Notes: generated by a model not told the origin, from the letters alone. Positions 9,563 through 20,233 are shown, counted from the first letter of the stretch. The stretch is 64,000 nt of DNA from Deltaproteobacteria bacterium (GCA_016935665.1 JAFGQN010000096.1:8841-72840), one strand, 5' to 3'. Numbers and translations are program-made.

Positions 9563-10453
9563 TTACCCTCTGGGATGGACTCGCCGATACTCCCGTTGAG
9601 CCAACCCAGAAGTCACGTGAGTGTACACCTGGGTGGTACTGATATCCTGGTGACCCAGCATTGCCTGTACCGACCGCAAATCGGCGCCGCGCTCCAATAA
9701 GTGGGTGGCAAAAGAATGACGCAATTTGTGGGGACTGAGTGATTTTTGTATATCCGCCTTTGTCGCATACTTGCGAATGATGAGCCAGAAACTCTGACGG
9801 GTCATCGGACCGCGACGATGGGTGAGAAATATGGATTTTTCATCCGATCTGGCCCACAAAGGTCGAATGTTGGACATGTATTTATTCAACATATCTATGG
9901 CCCATTCGCCGATGGGGATAACTCGGCGTTTGTTTCCCTTGCCGGTAATTGCCAGGAAGCCGGCTTCCCGGTCCATATCGCTCAGCTTCATTTGGACCAG
10001 TTCGGAGACGCGCAATCCCGCTGCGTACATTGTATGCAACATTGTTGCATCCCGAAATCCGCGCGGTGTGGTGAGGTCCGGCGCTGCCAGCAGACGCTCC
10101 ACCTCGTCGAATGTCATCACTACCGGCAGGCGTATTCCGGGTTTGGGCGATTCAATGTCTTCGGTGGGATTCTTTGAAATTTCCTTTTCGTTTGTCAGGA
10201 ATCCGAAGAATCCCCGGATGGCCGACAGCATTCTTGCCTGAGATCTCGGGCTGAGTTTCCTTTTTGAAATATGTGTGAGGAATCCGGATATGTCATTTTC
10301 CGATACAGATGTCAGGGCGATACTGTAATCTTCTACATATTCCGAGAAGCTTCGCAGATCTCTTGAGTATGCTTCAATGGTTTTAGGGGCCAATCCCCGT
10401 TCTATCTTTAAATGTGTTACAAAAATGTCAACAGCGATATCCAGGTCAATCAT
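9563..10453 (-). CDS. xerD: Site-specific tyrosine recombinase XerD
   Basis: ERGLAPKTIEAYSRDL, YAAGLRVSEL, GKGNKRR, TRQSFW, SPHKLRHSFATHLLERGADLRSVQAMLGH..ISTTQVYTHV; catalytic R-K-H-R-H-Y residues present. Confidence 0.92.
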   Translation of the reverse strand: MIDLDIAVDIFVTHLKIERGLAPKTIEAYSRDLRSFSEYVEDYSIALTSVSENDISGFLTHISKRKLSPRSQARMLSAIRGFFGFLTNEKEISKNPTEDIESPKPGIRLPVVMTFDEVERLLAAPDLTTPRGFRDATMLHTMYAAGLRVSELVQMKLSDMDREAGFLAITGKGNKRRVIPIGEWAIDMLNKYMSNIRPLWARSDEKSIFLTHRRGPMTRQSFWLIIRKYATKADIQKSLSPHKLRHSFATHLLERGADLRSVQAMLGHQDISTTQVYTHVTSGLAQREYRRVHPRG

Positions 10454-10528
10454 GGACTCATATTAACAAAGCAGTGTGATGGAGTGAAATAAGCGGGGAA
10501 TTGGAACCCAAAGTTCGTTTTGAATCGA

Positions 10529-10816
10529 CTAATCGTTCAAAAATCCTTTGATATCCTTGGCTGCCTTGAAGGTCATTGTGGTGGATGCTGCAATTTTGAT
10601 GGTTTCGCCTGTTTGAGGATTGCGACCTTCGCGGGCAGCACGTTCTTTTTTGGTGAAAGTGCCAAATGCGGGAACGGTGAATTTACCATCATCCTTAACT
10701 GACTTTTTAATTTCGTCTACGATCGCATCAAAGATATCAGCGACAGCTTTTTTGGTGATGTTTTCGGGAGTTTTTGAGGACGCTACTACTGCGTCGATGA
10801 GTTCTGATTTCGTCAT
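10529..10816 (-). CDS. hup: DNA-binding protein HU
   Basis: MTKSELID, FGTF, RAAREGRNPQTGETIKI, FKAAK. Start set at ATG 10816, behind a GAGG RBS. Confidence 0.93.
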   Translation of the reverse strand: MTKSELIDAVVASSKTPENITKKAVADIFDAIVDEIKKSVKDDGKFTVPAFGTFTKKERAAREGRNPQTGETIKIAASTTMTFKAAKDIKGFLND

Positions 10817-10969
10817 TTTAATACCTCTCAATAGTTTTTAAATACCATTGTGTTCGTTGTTTTAAAAAGAGAGCTGTTACTTTGTTTCCGATGCGTTTTA
10901 TGTCAAGCATCTTTTAAAAAAAACGCGCAGAAACGAACAAAATATTCCAGATATTATTATTCATATTTT

Positions 10970-11449
10970 CTATTTTTTCCCCTGCCGCCGGAGCTCCTGG
11001 AAAAAAGAACTGAGTAATTTCGCGGATTCGTGTGACTGGACACCCCCAACTACGTCACAACGATGGTTTAGTCTGTCGTCTTCCAGAAGATTGTAAAGAC
11101 TTTGCACAGCTCCCGCTTTGGGGTCTGTGGCGCCAAAAACCACTCTTGGAATTCGTGCGTTGAGAATGGCGCCGGCACACATGGGACAGGGCTCGAGTGT
11201 CACAAACAGAGTTGTGTTTTCCAACCTCCAGAATCCAATGCGATTTGCCGCCTGAGCGATGGCGAGAATCTCCGCATGGGCAATGGGATCCTGGTCGCTT
11301 TCACGACGGTTGGCGCCTGTACCAATGATTTGCCCGTTTTCATCTACAATAACGGCCCCAACAGGCACTTCTCCCTGTTCGGCTGCATCTCGCGCAAGGT
11401 CGAGGGCGATTTTCATGTACATATCATAAGCAGCTGATTCCATAGTCAT
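10970..11449 (-). CDS. tadA: tRNA adenosine(34) deaminase
   Basis: GEVPVGAVIV, DPIAHAE, WRL, VTLEPCPMCAGA, DPKAGA, LNHR, FFQELR. Confidence 0.93.
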   Translation of the reverse strand: MTMESAAYDMYMKIALDLARDAAEQGEVPVGAVIVDENGQIIGTGANRRESDQDPIAHAEILAIAQAANRIGFWRLENTTLFVTLEPCPMCAGAILNARIPRVVFGATDPKAGAVQSLYNLLEDDRLNHRCDVVGGVQSHESAKLLSSFFQELRRQGKK

Positions 11450-13227
11450 TTCCTGGTTTTTTTGCCTCTGCCTTTTCGATGTTGCCTGGAGTGGCCTGGC
11501 AGGACATCCCGCTGTTCACGCCTGGCGCTATTCCGATTTAACCGCGGGCGCTCAGTGCCCAGCAACAGTGCTTTTTGGCGTTTTCGCTCCGCAGCGTCGG
11601 GGATATACACGGGATTTCCCGTTTCGTCGATACCTGCCGCATATATCGCTGATGCCATGGTGCCGGGCAGGGGAATAAAATTCTGTACCTGCTGCAGTTT
11701 CTGGTGCCGCCTGGTCAGCCAACGTGCGGTACTGTCCGCTGCATCTCTGGTGCATCCAGGAAATCCGGCAATGAAATAGGGAACCAGATATTGTTCAAGC
11801 CCCTTTTCGCGTCCTTCCGCCTGGAAAATGCGTTCAAATTCCTCCAATAGTTGAATCCCCGGTTTGCGCATTTGTTTTAACACTGTTTCGCTGGTATGTT
11901 CGGGAGCCACTTTCAGATGACCGCCCGTGAAGGACTGAGCGATTAGCTTTATCAATGAACGATTTCGCAACGCCAAATCGTGACGAATGCCACTGGCGAT
12001 AAATATATGCTTTATTCCCGTAAGCGTTCTGGCGGTTTTCAACAGATGAACAAAGCGCTGCTGCGATACATCCAGATTGCTGCAAATGACAGGGAAAAGA
12101 CACGATGACCGTCGGCACTTCTGGCAGCGTGTCGTATCTTTGTATGCCAATCCATATGCGTTGGCAGTGGGCCCTCCAATATCCGTAATGGTTCCCTTGA
12201 AATCCGTGTCATGACTCAGTCGGTTTAATTCTTCAATAATTCCTTTTTCACTGCGACTGATGACCTGCCTTCCCTGATGGTAGCCAAGGGCGCAGAAGCT
12301 GCAGCCACCGGGACAACCGCGTTGCGCAATGACAGACCATCGAACAGGAATACTCGCGGGAATTTCAGGCATCCCTTTTTTTAAATAACGCGGATGACTG
12401 GTTCGCAAAAAAGGCAACCCATGTATTTTGTCCAACTCGGCTTCGGTCATCAACCGGGGCGGGTGACTTTGCACGACACCCTCCTGATACCGCTGATAAA
12501 ACGTGTTTGACTTATGCGGTCCCAGTCCAGCTTCCAACAGTTGGGTTTGTAAAACCAGTTGCGATGCGTCGGCCGAGATTGCATCGAACGATGGCAGCTC
12601 GATGCCCTGGTCTGGAATATCGCGCACCAGTTGCGCGGTGCCATCAATGTGGTCGATGGACTGGTTTTGCGCCAATCGGTTTGCTATCTCAAGGACAGTT
12701 TTTTCACCTGAGCCAAATACAAGCAAATCGGCGCGGGTATCCACCAGTACCGAACGTCGTATCTTTTTTTTCAGGTAATCAAAATAGGCAAAGCGCCGTG
12801 TGCTCGCCTCCACTCCGCCAAGGACGATGGGGGTATTGGGGAATGCCGATTTGGCCGCACCGCAATACACTGCCGTGGCAAAATTGGGCCGTCTGGTGGC
12901 CGAAGATGCGGACGCATAAACGTCATCTTTTCGCGGCGCCAGGTCTGCCGTGTAATTGTTCAGTGTGGAATCGACTGCGCCGGCGCTGATACCCACAAAC
13001 AATCCGGGCGTGCCCAGCGCTTTCAGTGATTCGGGGCGTGTCCAGTCGGGACGGGCAATGATGGCCACGCGATACCCCGCATCTTCAAGCACTCGGCCAA
13101 TCACAGCCACACCGTGGGTGGGGCTGTCGAAATAGTCATCCCCGCTGAGTAGCAATACGTCTAGCTCATCCCAGCCGCGGGCGTTGAGCTCCAGGGTGGT
13201 CATGGGCAAAAAGGCGCCGCTTTTCAT
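11446..13227 (-). CDS. ygiQ: YgiQ/UPF0313 family radical SAM protein
   Basis: FLPMT, GDDYFDSP, GGVEASTRRFAYFDY, RGCPGGCSFC (CxxxCxxC), DIGGPTAN, SGIRHDL, LKVAPEH, QVQNFIPLP. Confidence 0.88.
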   Translation of the reverse strand: MKSGAFLPMTTLELNARGWDELDVLLLSGDDYFDSPTHGVAVIGRVLEDAGYRVAIIARPDWTRPESLKALGTPGLFVGISAGAVDSTLNNYTADLAPRKDDVYASASSATRRPNFATAVYCGAAKSAFPNTPIVLGGVEASTRRFAYFDYLKKKIRRSVLVDTRADLLVFGSGEKTVLEIANRLAQNQSIDHIDGTAQLVRDIPDQGIELPSFDAISADASQLVLQTQLLEAGLGPHKSNTFYQRYQEGVVQSHPPRLMTEAELDKIHGLPFLRTSHPRYLKKGMPEIPASIPVRWSVIAQRGCPGGCSFCALGYHQGRQVISRSEKGIIEELNRLSHDTDFKGTITDIGGPTANAYGLAYKDTTRCQKCRRSSCLFPVICSNLDVSQQRFVHLLKTARTLTGIKHIFIASGIRHDLALRNRSLIKLIAQSFTGGHLKVAPEHTSETVLKQMRKPGIQLLEEFERIFQAEGREKGLEQYLVPYFIAGFPGCTRDAADSTARWLTRRHQKLQQVQNFIPLPGTMASAIYAAGIDETGNPVYIPDAAERKRQKALLLGTERPRLNRNSARREQRDVLPGHSRQHRKGRGKKTRK

Positions 13228-14183
13228 TAATTATAGTGCTCCAGAATGACGTCGCAGAGTGTGGGACCAATACTGAAAGTCATATCGTGGCCTTCGCCCG
13301 AAAAGGTTTTCAGCGTGGCGTTGTCGAATGCGGACAGTGTATCTTCCGCCGTCCAAAGGGGCATGATTTCATCTTCCGTACCGTGGAGAATGAGAACCGG
13401 CAATTTTATATTGTGCGTTTTCTGTTTTTTGTCACCCTGGGTGTAGGGGACGCTAAACAGCTGGTAGTAGTACGGGTAGGGGCGAACATAAAATATGTCC
13501 TTCTGCGTGACCTTGCCTGGAGACGATGCGTACTCGGTTCCTTCGGCCCGCGACTCCACCAGCCCCTGCAGCTTGCCAGGGGACAAACGCAGGGCAAAAC
13601 GGGCCATGCGAGTCCGTTTTTTAATTTCTTTTTTACTGCTGCTGAGCATCGCCGTGGAAATAAGGACAAGCCCTTTGGCGCTTTGAACGTCGTTTTGCAG
13701 CAGGTATTCGATGGCGCCATATGCGCCGTTGGAGACACCCACAATCAGGCTGGGCGATACATTTACTGCCTTCACAAAATCGGTGACCACTTTTCCCCAG
13801 TCCTCGATTTTTCTGTTGTAAAGTGGGCTGGAGTCTGGATACTGAGGCGCGTACACTGTGTATTTTTTAGACAATCGGTGAAAATTAAGCCAGATGCGAT
13901 TGTCGAAAATCCCGCCATGCAGCAAAATTGCCACTGGCGCATCTTCGGTTGGCCCCGCCTTATACATGTAGCGGTACCAGTTGCCCGAAGATTTGTTCTG
14001 GACTTTCTTTTCCGTCCACGGAGACGCGTCGATTTGTGGTCTGCGGGTCTTTTGGGCGCCACTTGGAAAGCATCCGGAAAGAGCGATCGCTGTGCCCAGC
14101 ATCAGACTGAAAAATTTAAACAGTTTTTTTTTAGTACCTGGCATGTTCCACCTCTTTTGTGGGGAACGTAAACGTTGCCCCAT
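13227..14183 (-). CDS. Alpha/beta-hydrolase fold lipoprotein
   Basis: Lipobox ALSGC, oxyanion LLHGG, nucleophile GVSNG, acid HGTEDEI, catalytic His GEGHD. The true start may be a little downstream. Confidence 0.8.
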   Translation of the reverse strand: MGQRLRSPQKRWNMPGTKKKLFKFFSLMLGTAIALSGCFPSGAQKTRRPQIDASPWTEKKVQNKSSGNWYRYMYKAGPTEDAPVAILLHGGIFDNRIWLNFHRLSKKYTVYAPQYPDSSPLYNRKIEDWGKVVTDFVKAVNVSPSLIVGVSNGAYGAIEYLLQNDVQSAKGLVLISTAMLSSSKKEIKKRTRMARFALRLSPGKLQGLVESRAEGTEYASSPGKVTQKDIFYVRPYPYYYQLFSVPYTQGDKKQKTHNIKLPVLILHGTEDEIMPLWTAEDTLSAFDNATLKTFSGEGHDMTFSIGPTLCDVILEHYN

Positions 14184-14221
14184 CTTCTGTCAATAGCATG
14201 GACCCCTGGGCGCTTCCAGGC

Positions 14222-15535
14222 TTACGCCATTTCTTTAAGCCATTTCACAATTCGCTCGGATTTGACTTTGGGGGATTCCGAACGAATTTCCCACTTTTGG
14301 CAGAATGCCTCGCGTTTTTGTGAATAGTCGTTTGGGGTGTCTGAATCAGAAACCGCTTCTATCAGCTGAATGAACTCCGATTGGCGCTGAATATAGGTCA
14401 ACAGGCCCGCGTCTGCCACGGCGGATGATGGGGGAGCTGGAGGTGTGTGAACGTTTCGCCATGCGTACGGGGTGACGAATGCGGTGGGAGTATCGTGCAT
14501 GATGCAATCCCAGAGAATGGAGCTGTAGGTCCGCGTGACCACCAAATCTGCGGCGGCAATGACATCGTGCAGGCCATCCACGAGTATGGTGGTTTGCGAG
14601 AGGAGCCCGTATTGCATGGCCAGGTGTGCATAAAAGTTTTGGGCGGCGTTTAGTGAACGAAAATTCGAAATGGCGGGGTGCAGTTTCAGAAAAATTCGAA
14701 CAGTGTGTTTCTGCGGTATCAATTGAACGGATTCGAAAACGAACCGAACAAACATCACTTCCTCTGCCTGCTGCGCGGCCAGTGCCACCGGGCCATGGGG
14801 TTCACTCCAGCTGAGTCCCACCGTCACACATAATTCACCTGGGGATATATTCAGACGCCGGCGCGCTGCCGCGGTCGAAAGAGTGACACCGCCTGTGGCG
14901 TTGTCGAGTGGTGTTCCCAACGGAAGCAGCTGTTTGACCGATGATTGCAGATTGTAGCGTTGGTATATGTCCACTTCCAGCTGATTGTCCAGAATGACGA
15001 AGTTGCTGGCAAATGGCGCCAATGAGAGATGTTCCGTGCCGGGTGGCGGATACGGATGGGTGGAGAAAAGACCGTGTTCCACCTGGACTGTTGGAATCCC
15101 CAACTGCTGTGCCATGTAGATAACCGGTCTTGCCTGCGGGGTGTAATCGGTACAGGTCACCACGGCGTCGATGGATGTTTGCCGTGCCATTTCATCGAGC
15201 ACCAGAGCTGTTTTTAACGCCTCCGCCACGATGGGTTTAGTGTTTTCCAGATGGGATGCGCTTGAATCGGCGACGAGTGCGTGGCCCAGCATCTTCTCCG
15301 CAGCCTGCAGCATGAATGCGCGATATGACAACCATTCGGTTTGAAATTCCAAAAGCGTTGTCACATCGCCAATTCGCTCAACCACATCGGTGGTGTCGAG
15401 AATGTTTTCGCCCTGAAACGCCCACTGACCCGGCTGATGCACCACCAGCGTAAAATGCTGCGAAAGTGTGCGTATAAATGTTTGATGACGATTGGGAAAC
15501 CAGGTGTTCATTGGGAGAAAGAAGCATTGGGTCAT
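14222..15535 (-). CDS. Putative GT-B fold surface-glycan biosynthesis protein
   Basis: GIPTVQVEHG, FLKLHP, IAAADLVVT..SS motifs resemble capsule-synthesis / CDP-glycerol transferase-like proteins. Overlaps the upstream HAD gene by 4 nt. Confidence 0.55.
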   Translation of the reverse strand: MTQCFFLPMNTWFPNRHQTFIRTLSQHFTLVVHQPGQWAFQGENILDTTDVVERIGDVTTLLEFQTEWLSYRAFMLQAAEKMLGHALVADSSASHLENTKPIVAEALKTALVLDEMARQTSIDAVVTCTDYTPQARPVIYMAQQLGIPTVQVEHGLFSTHPYPPPGTEHLSLAPFASNFVILDNQLEVDIYQRYNLQSSVKQLLPLGTPLDNATGGVTLSTAAARRRLNISPGELCVTVGLSWSEPHGPVALAAQQAEEVMFVRFVFESVQLIPQKHTVRIFLKLHPAISNFRSLNAAQNFYAHLAMQYGLLSQTTILVDGLHDVIAAADLVVTRTYSSILWDCIMHDTPTAFVTPYAWRNVHTPPAPPSSAVADAGLLTYIQRQSEFIQLIEAVSDSDTPNDYSQKREAFCQKWEIRSESPKVKSERIVKWLKEMA

Positions 15536-18117
15536 TTGGATACGTCCCCTTCAATCAGTTCATCCGTGGTCATTTGACTGAGGGTGTACATGGCGTATCG
15601 ATTTACAAGAGTGGCCAACAGCGGGACATCACCCGGGGTTGAAAATGAATCCGAGATGCGTTTGCGGTATTGTGTTGATATGCGATTGACTTCGCCCACC
15701 CGACCTCCAAACAGCTCCGGACGATGGGATTGCAGCCACTGCAATATCGCCTCAAAGCCCAGATGCCACAGGCTGTGGCACTCCGGGCAACCAACTGTTT
15801 TCTGTATTGTGAACGTTCCCATCAATTCATCACTGAACGGCGATGTGCAGGTCGGGCAAGTGAGGTGAATGGTGTATTGAATCCATACGCCGGCAGAAAA
15901 AGTCACATCCCGAATATCCTGTGCCTGCAATGTGGGATGGGGCATTGCTGTCGCCTTTGCCAGATTTACAACGCCCAATTCGGCCAGATACTCCCCCCAT
16001 ACAGTCCCTGTGGCCATCCGGGCAAGAAGCGTTTCGTCCGCCAGCGCCATCACTCCCTGCGGCCAGAAATTTCCCTTTGTCCGTGACATTGCATCATATC
16101 CATCGTTTTCCAGAACGGCCACATTAAGCGGATTGGCAATGCGTGTTTTCTTATCGCTGAAAATGCCTTCATCGTGGTGAAAGCCCCCCAGTGTTAATGC
16201 TTCAGCCGCCCTGGGATATAAAATCAGGCGTTCAATCACCGCACGGCTATGGGATTGCAGTGCGGAAGCGCCAAGGGTGTAGGTGGATGGTACGTTACCT
16301 GATGGAATCTGGAACAACCGTTTGCGCTGTGCCAACTTTAGCCAGGTGTTCTGATAGGTGAGGATGGCCTGTTGGATGCGTTCCCTGTTCTGTATCTCTT
16401 TTTCGGATATGTTCAACTGTCCCAAAACCGGACGCCAGTTGTGCGTTGCGTCTTCGGCGTACCCGGTAGTGCTGCCAATGGGGGCAATAACCGACTGCTC
16501 AATCATTTCCGGTGAGCGAATGAGAATCCTGGCAAATGGGTCAGGGGAGTTGAGATGACACAGGTAGCTGAAAAAACGGCTCCCCCGCATCGCATTGATA
16601 GCCGATCCCGCTGCGGTGGCGAGATAAAAGCCCGTGCACGATACCGAAATCTTTTCGAGTTCAAATATGCGTTCAATGTTGCGCTGGATGGTGCCCCCCC
16701 AGCCCAGGTCTATTAGAGCGATTTTATCGGTTTTGATGAGCGGAAGAAAGTATGCGAGAAACTGCTTTCGGGCGATGGCACTCTTTTGGGTCACTGCTTC
16801 TTTTATTTTTCCACTCGTTAAAAACCGTACAACGGTATGCAGCATTTCCGTACTGGAAATGGGCTGGTTGGCCACATGTGGGGGAAACCCCACGTCCTTT
16901 GCTTTCAGTCCAAAGCTCTCGAACGTTTCTCCCACTGTCCGCGCGTAAATTCGCTCCGAAACGCTGCGATTGGTGGCTTCACCCACAGACGCCAGCAGTG
17001 TGGATTGTCTGGACACAAACAGCTCTTCAATGTGAAGATTGCTATTCTGTGCGATGGCGCTTTTTTGGAGCATTGTTCCAAGCAGACGACCTTCCCGCAT
17101 CAAAACAAAAACGGTTTGAATTCCCGTGTGCGATAATTGGGCGACACACCAGTCGCACCAGTTGGCCAGTACAGGGCCCAGCACCTGATACGCTGCTGAA
17201 AGAAGCGGTAAGCCCTTTGGATTGTGCCACCATTCGGCATGTACGCGAAGGGCATTGATGCAAAGGGGAGACTCGGATGGTTCGGTTGTTCTGGATTCCG
17301 CTGCAAACAGAGCGGGTGAATTGGCTGTGGACATGGGGTAGTGGAACGCCAAAACCCCGGCCTTTTGCGCTCCGGAGATATCGGCCTGCGGATTGTCGCC
17401 CAGGTGCACCATCTGTTTGGCGGTGCATCGCATTTTCTGCCTGGCAATCTGGAAAAGACCACCGGACGATTTTCCCTGAAGCAGTTCTCCTGACACCAGA
17501 ATCGGAGAAATCAACTCTCCGGGCAAACCGTTTTGGGTGGCGATTTCAAACAGCGCCTTTCCTGACAGGTACATATCCGATAGTACACACACACGGTGTC
17601 CCAGCGAGCGCGCGAAATAAAGCAGACTTTCCACCGCCGGGTTCACAAAACACCAGTCCACCTCCACTGACAGTTCAATGGTCATGGCTGTTTCCATCTC
17701 TTTAACAATGTGTGGGTGCAATTCGTGGTAAATGTGTGCCAGCGTTATTTCTGTGTTGCCCCTCTCCCAAAAGCCAATCTGTCGGGCTTTGGTTTCTGCA
17801 GCGATGCGCAGTTCCCTGAACGTCAACGGTGTCACCCACGGGACCAGCAGATTCTGCTGACGCAGACGGCGACCCACCTCGGTGAACACGTCAGTGGGAT
17901 GGGCACACAGCCGGCCCACCAGAGTGTCAAAAAAGTCCAGCGACAGAACACCCCGCTGCATGTGTTTAATGGTGTTGCCTGGCTCGGCAAGACGTGGATC
18001 GGTTCGCCAGGTATCCAGCGAAACATGATTGGGGAGGGCGCCATCGCTGTTGGGCTTAACCGCAAGCTGCTGCGACTTTTTGCGTTTCGACGACTTCGTG
18101 TGTTTCCGTTTCCCCAA
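15532..18117 (-). CDS. HAD-superfamily hydrolase (glycan-cluster type) with C-terminal Cys-pair domain
   Basis: SLDFFDTLVGR (motif I), LSDMYL, K, HLGDN..AD (motif IV), LMREG, IDLGWGGTIQ; C-terminal CPTC...CPEC. Confidence 0.78.
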   Translation of the reverse strand: MGKRKHTKSSKRKKSQQLAVKPNSDGALPNHVSLDTWRTDPRLAEPGNTIKHMQRGVLSLDFFDTLVGRLCAHPTDVFTEVGRRLRQQNLLVPWVTPLTFRELRIAAETKARQIGFWERGNTEITLAHIYHELHPHIVKEMETAMTIELSVEVDWCFVNPAVESLLYFARSLGHRVCVLSDMYLSGKALFEIATQNGLPGELISPILVSGELLQGKSSGGLFQIARQKMRCTAKQMVHLGDNPQADISGAQKAGVLAFHYPMSTANSPALFAAESRTTEPSESPLCINALRVHAEWWHNPKGLPLLSAAYQVLGPVLANWCDWCVAQLSHTGIQTVFVLMREGRLLGTMLQKSAIAQNSNLHIEELFVSRQSTLLASVGEATNRSVSERIYARTVGETFESFGLKAKDVGFPPHVANQPISSTEMLHTVVRFLTSGKIKEAVTQKSAIARKQFLAYFLPLIKTDKIALIDLGWGGTIQRNIERIFELEKISVSCTGFYLATAAGSAINAMRGSRFFSYLCHLNSPDPFARILIRSPEMIEQSVIAPIGSTTGYAEDATHNWRPVLGQLNISEKEIQNRERIQQAILTYQNTWLKLAQRKRLFQIPSGNVPSTYTLGASALQSHSRAVIERLILYPRAAEALTLGGFHHDEGIFSDKKTRIANPLNVAVLENDGYDAMSRTKGNFWPQGVMALADETLLARMATGTVWGEYLAELGVVNLAKATAMPHPTLQAQDIRDVTFSAGVWIQYTIHLTCPTCTSPFSDELMGTFTIQKTVGCPECHSLWHLGFEAILQWLQSHRPELFGGRVGEVNRISTQYRKRISDSFSTPGDVPLLATLVNRYAMYTLSQMTTDELIEGDVSK

Positions 18118-18298
18118 TGTGAGTCACCATCCGTCTCAAAAAATGGGGGGAGCGACACATGTCTTCCCCTTTGCGCAATTCAACATTTCGTTCTCCCCCC
18201 AAAACGGCCAGTCCAATAAAATATTAAGGGAGGCGCCGACTTGCCCCACAGGTGTTTTCATCTACATTGATTGGATATACATTGGTTAAATATCGGCA

Positions 18299-20233
18299 AT
18301 GGCCATGAGGCGATGGGATACGGTGTCCATGGATTACCTGTCACAAAACATGCAGAAAATCGGGATGGCGCCCCAGCTTAAAGAGCAGCTTATCTCCTGG
18401 CAAATTCAGTCTCCCGTATCGGTGCGCGTTAAAAATGGTAACGAAATTGAAATGCAGTACAAGGGGGTATCCCTGTACCATGCGCAGCAGCCAATTGCTG
18501 TCGCTGCGGCGGAGATACAGCGGTTAAAAGGAGATGCAAAGCAGGATTTGGTGATTTATTTTGGACTGGGTTTCGGTATTCATGCGGAGTTTTTAAAAAA
18601 GCGATTTGACGCGCCGTTGCTGGTGTTTGAACCCAGCCTCGATATTCTTAAAACAACGCTTTCACTGCGCCCATTGCCTATCGATGGGATAACCATTGAA
18701 ACCAGCATGGGCCGACTGGCCGAACTGGTGGACACCACACTGGAAAACTCAGACAGGCGTTTGGTGGTGGCCGTGCATTCCCATTACCGGGAACTGTTTC
18801 CTCTGCAGGTGGAGCGCTTTGAGTTTGTGGTGCAACAGGCCGTCAACAGTTTACTTATTCGACACAACACCTTGCAGCGAGGCAGCAGATGGGCGAAATT
18901 CGAAATCACCAACCTGCTGGACACCGTGCGTTTGCCTCCATTTATTGCGTTAAAAAAATACTGCAGCGGCGTGCCGGGTATTTTTGTGGGGGCGGGGCCG
19001 TCGCTGGCAAAAAATGTGGCGCTGCTGCATCAGATGAAAGGGTCATCGGTGATTGTTGCCGCTTCAACAGCGCTGCGAACCCTGGATAGCGCCGGGATTC
19101 AGCCGGATGTGGCCATGATTATTGAATCCAATGACTGTGCCTATCAGTTTCGGGATTTGCGTTTTTTGGACCAACTTGTATTGGCGCTCACACCTTATTC
19201 AAATCCGGAGAATTTTAAACTGCCGGTAAAACAGAAACTGTCGGTGCTGAACCATCCCACGCCCACTCATGACTGGATGATGCGCGCCTATGGCAACGTG
19301 GATGCTGTGATTACCGCTGCCAGCGTGGCGCTGGTGGCGTTTGCGGCGCTGTATCAGATCGGCTGCAATCCCATCATCGCAGTGGGGATGGATTTGGCAT
19401 TCACTGGCAACGAAACCCATGTCAAAGGCGCCGACAGCTCCGCTATCAATATTCGATTCAACGATGCAAAAAACGAACTGGAGTACATTGTTCGCGACGC
19501 TGATACCGATTACATTCAGACTATATCAAAACAGATAAACCGAACATTTAAAAGTGGCGATATTCTGAGAACTCGTGAGGCGTATCGGTGTCGCGGCTTT
19601 GGGGATAATGAGAATGTATATTCGGATTTGGTTTTCAATTCGTATCGCGCCTGGCTGGAGGGCGCGGCAGATACCTGGGCATCGGACAGAACCCTGATAA
19701 ATGCAACGGAAGGGGGCGCCAGAATCCACGGTTTTGAAGAGATGGCGTTTTCGGAAGTAATTAAAAAATACGCCACCGCCGCGTATCCCATATCTGACTG
19801 GTTGAATGCGATTGTGAAAGACCATGTGCCATTTGACGTCGCGCCTCTCAAACGCGTCATCCATAACGAATTGCTGCTGATTCAAAACGTTTACAAACTG
19901 GCCAGACGCAGCAGAACCTGCGCATCCAATGGGATTTCGCTCATTCAGGCCAACCGTTTGAATAAGGCGCAAAAGGAATTGGACAGACTGGCCACCCTGG
20001 AAAAGGAATTGGGCGCTCTCACGCGAGAGACCCGCATGCTCAATCAAATCAGTCAAAAGGCAGCTACTGCTATTCGGTTGAAACGGCATGAAGATCGTAA
20101 CGATGATCCCGTCATACAGACGATGAATTCGCTGCGACGCAGCATGCAACTATTTGCACAAATCAAATCCGGATGTGAGGAGGCCATTGTCATTTTCGAA
20201 CAGGCATTGAAGATGTTGAACGCGCCCGACTAA
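18299..20233 (+). CDS. Motility-associated factor (Maf) glycosyltransferase family protein (DUF115/MptE-like domain)
   Basis: YFGLGFGIH, VFEPS, FVGAGPSL.KN, GIQPD, GCNPIIAVGMDLAF, INATEGGARIHG; helical C-terminal domain. Confidence 0.85.
   Translation: MAMRRWDTVSMDYLSQNMQKIGMAPQLKEQLISWQIQSPVSVRVKNGNEIEMQYKGVSLYHAQQPIAVAAAEIQRLKGDAKQDLVIYFGLGFGIHAEFLKKRFDAPLLVFEPSLDILKTTLSLRPLPIDGITIETSMGRLAELVDTTLENSDRRLVVAVHSHYRELFPLQVERFEFVVQQAVNSLLIRHNTLQRGSRWAKFEITNLLDTVRLPPFIALKKYCSGVPGIFVGAGPSLAKNVALLHQMKGSSVIVAASTALRTLDSAGIQPDVAMIIESNDCAYQFRDLRFLDQLVLALTPYSNPENFKLPVKQKLSVLNHPTPTHDWMMRAYGNVDAVITAASVALVAFAALYQIGCNPIIAVGMDLAFTGNETHVKGADSSAINIRFNDAKNELEYIVRDADTDYIQTISKQINRTFKSGDILRTREAYRCRGFGDNENVYSDLVFNSYRAWLEGAADTWASDRTLINATEGGARIHGFEEMAFSEVIKKYATAAYPISDWLNAIVKDHVPFDVAPLKRVIHNELLLIQNVYKLARRSRTCASNGISLIQANRLNKAQKELDRLATLEKELGALTRETRMLNQISQKAATAIRLKRHEDRNDDPVIQTMNSLRRSMQLFAQIKSGCEEAIVIFEQALKMLNAPD

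Noticed and set aside
9563-10453. Tyrosine recombinase as the integrase of a mobile element
   Set aside because: The sequence is typical housekeeping XerD next to HU and tadA. I saw no att repeats, tRNA or phage/ICE genes.
13236-14171. 311-aa plus-strand ORF
   Set aside because: It is an antisense shadow of the alpha/beta hydrolase and has no recognisable motifs.
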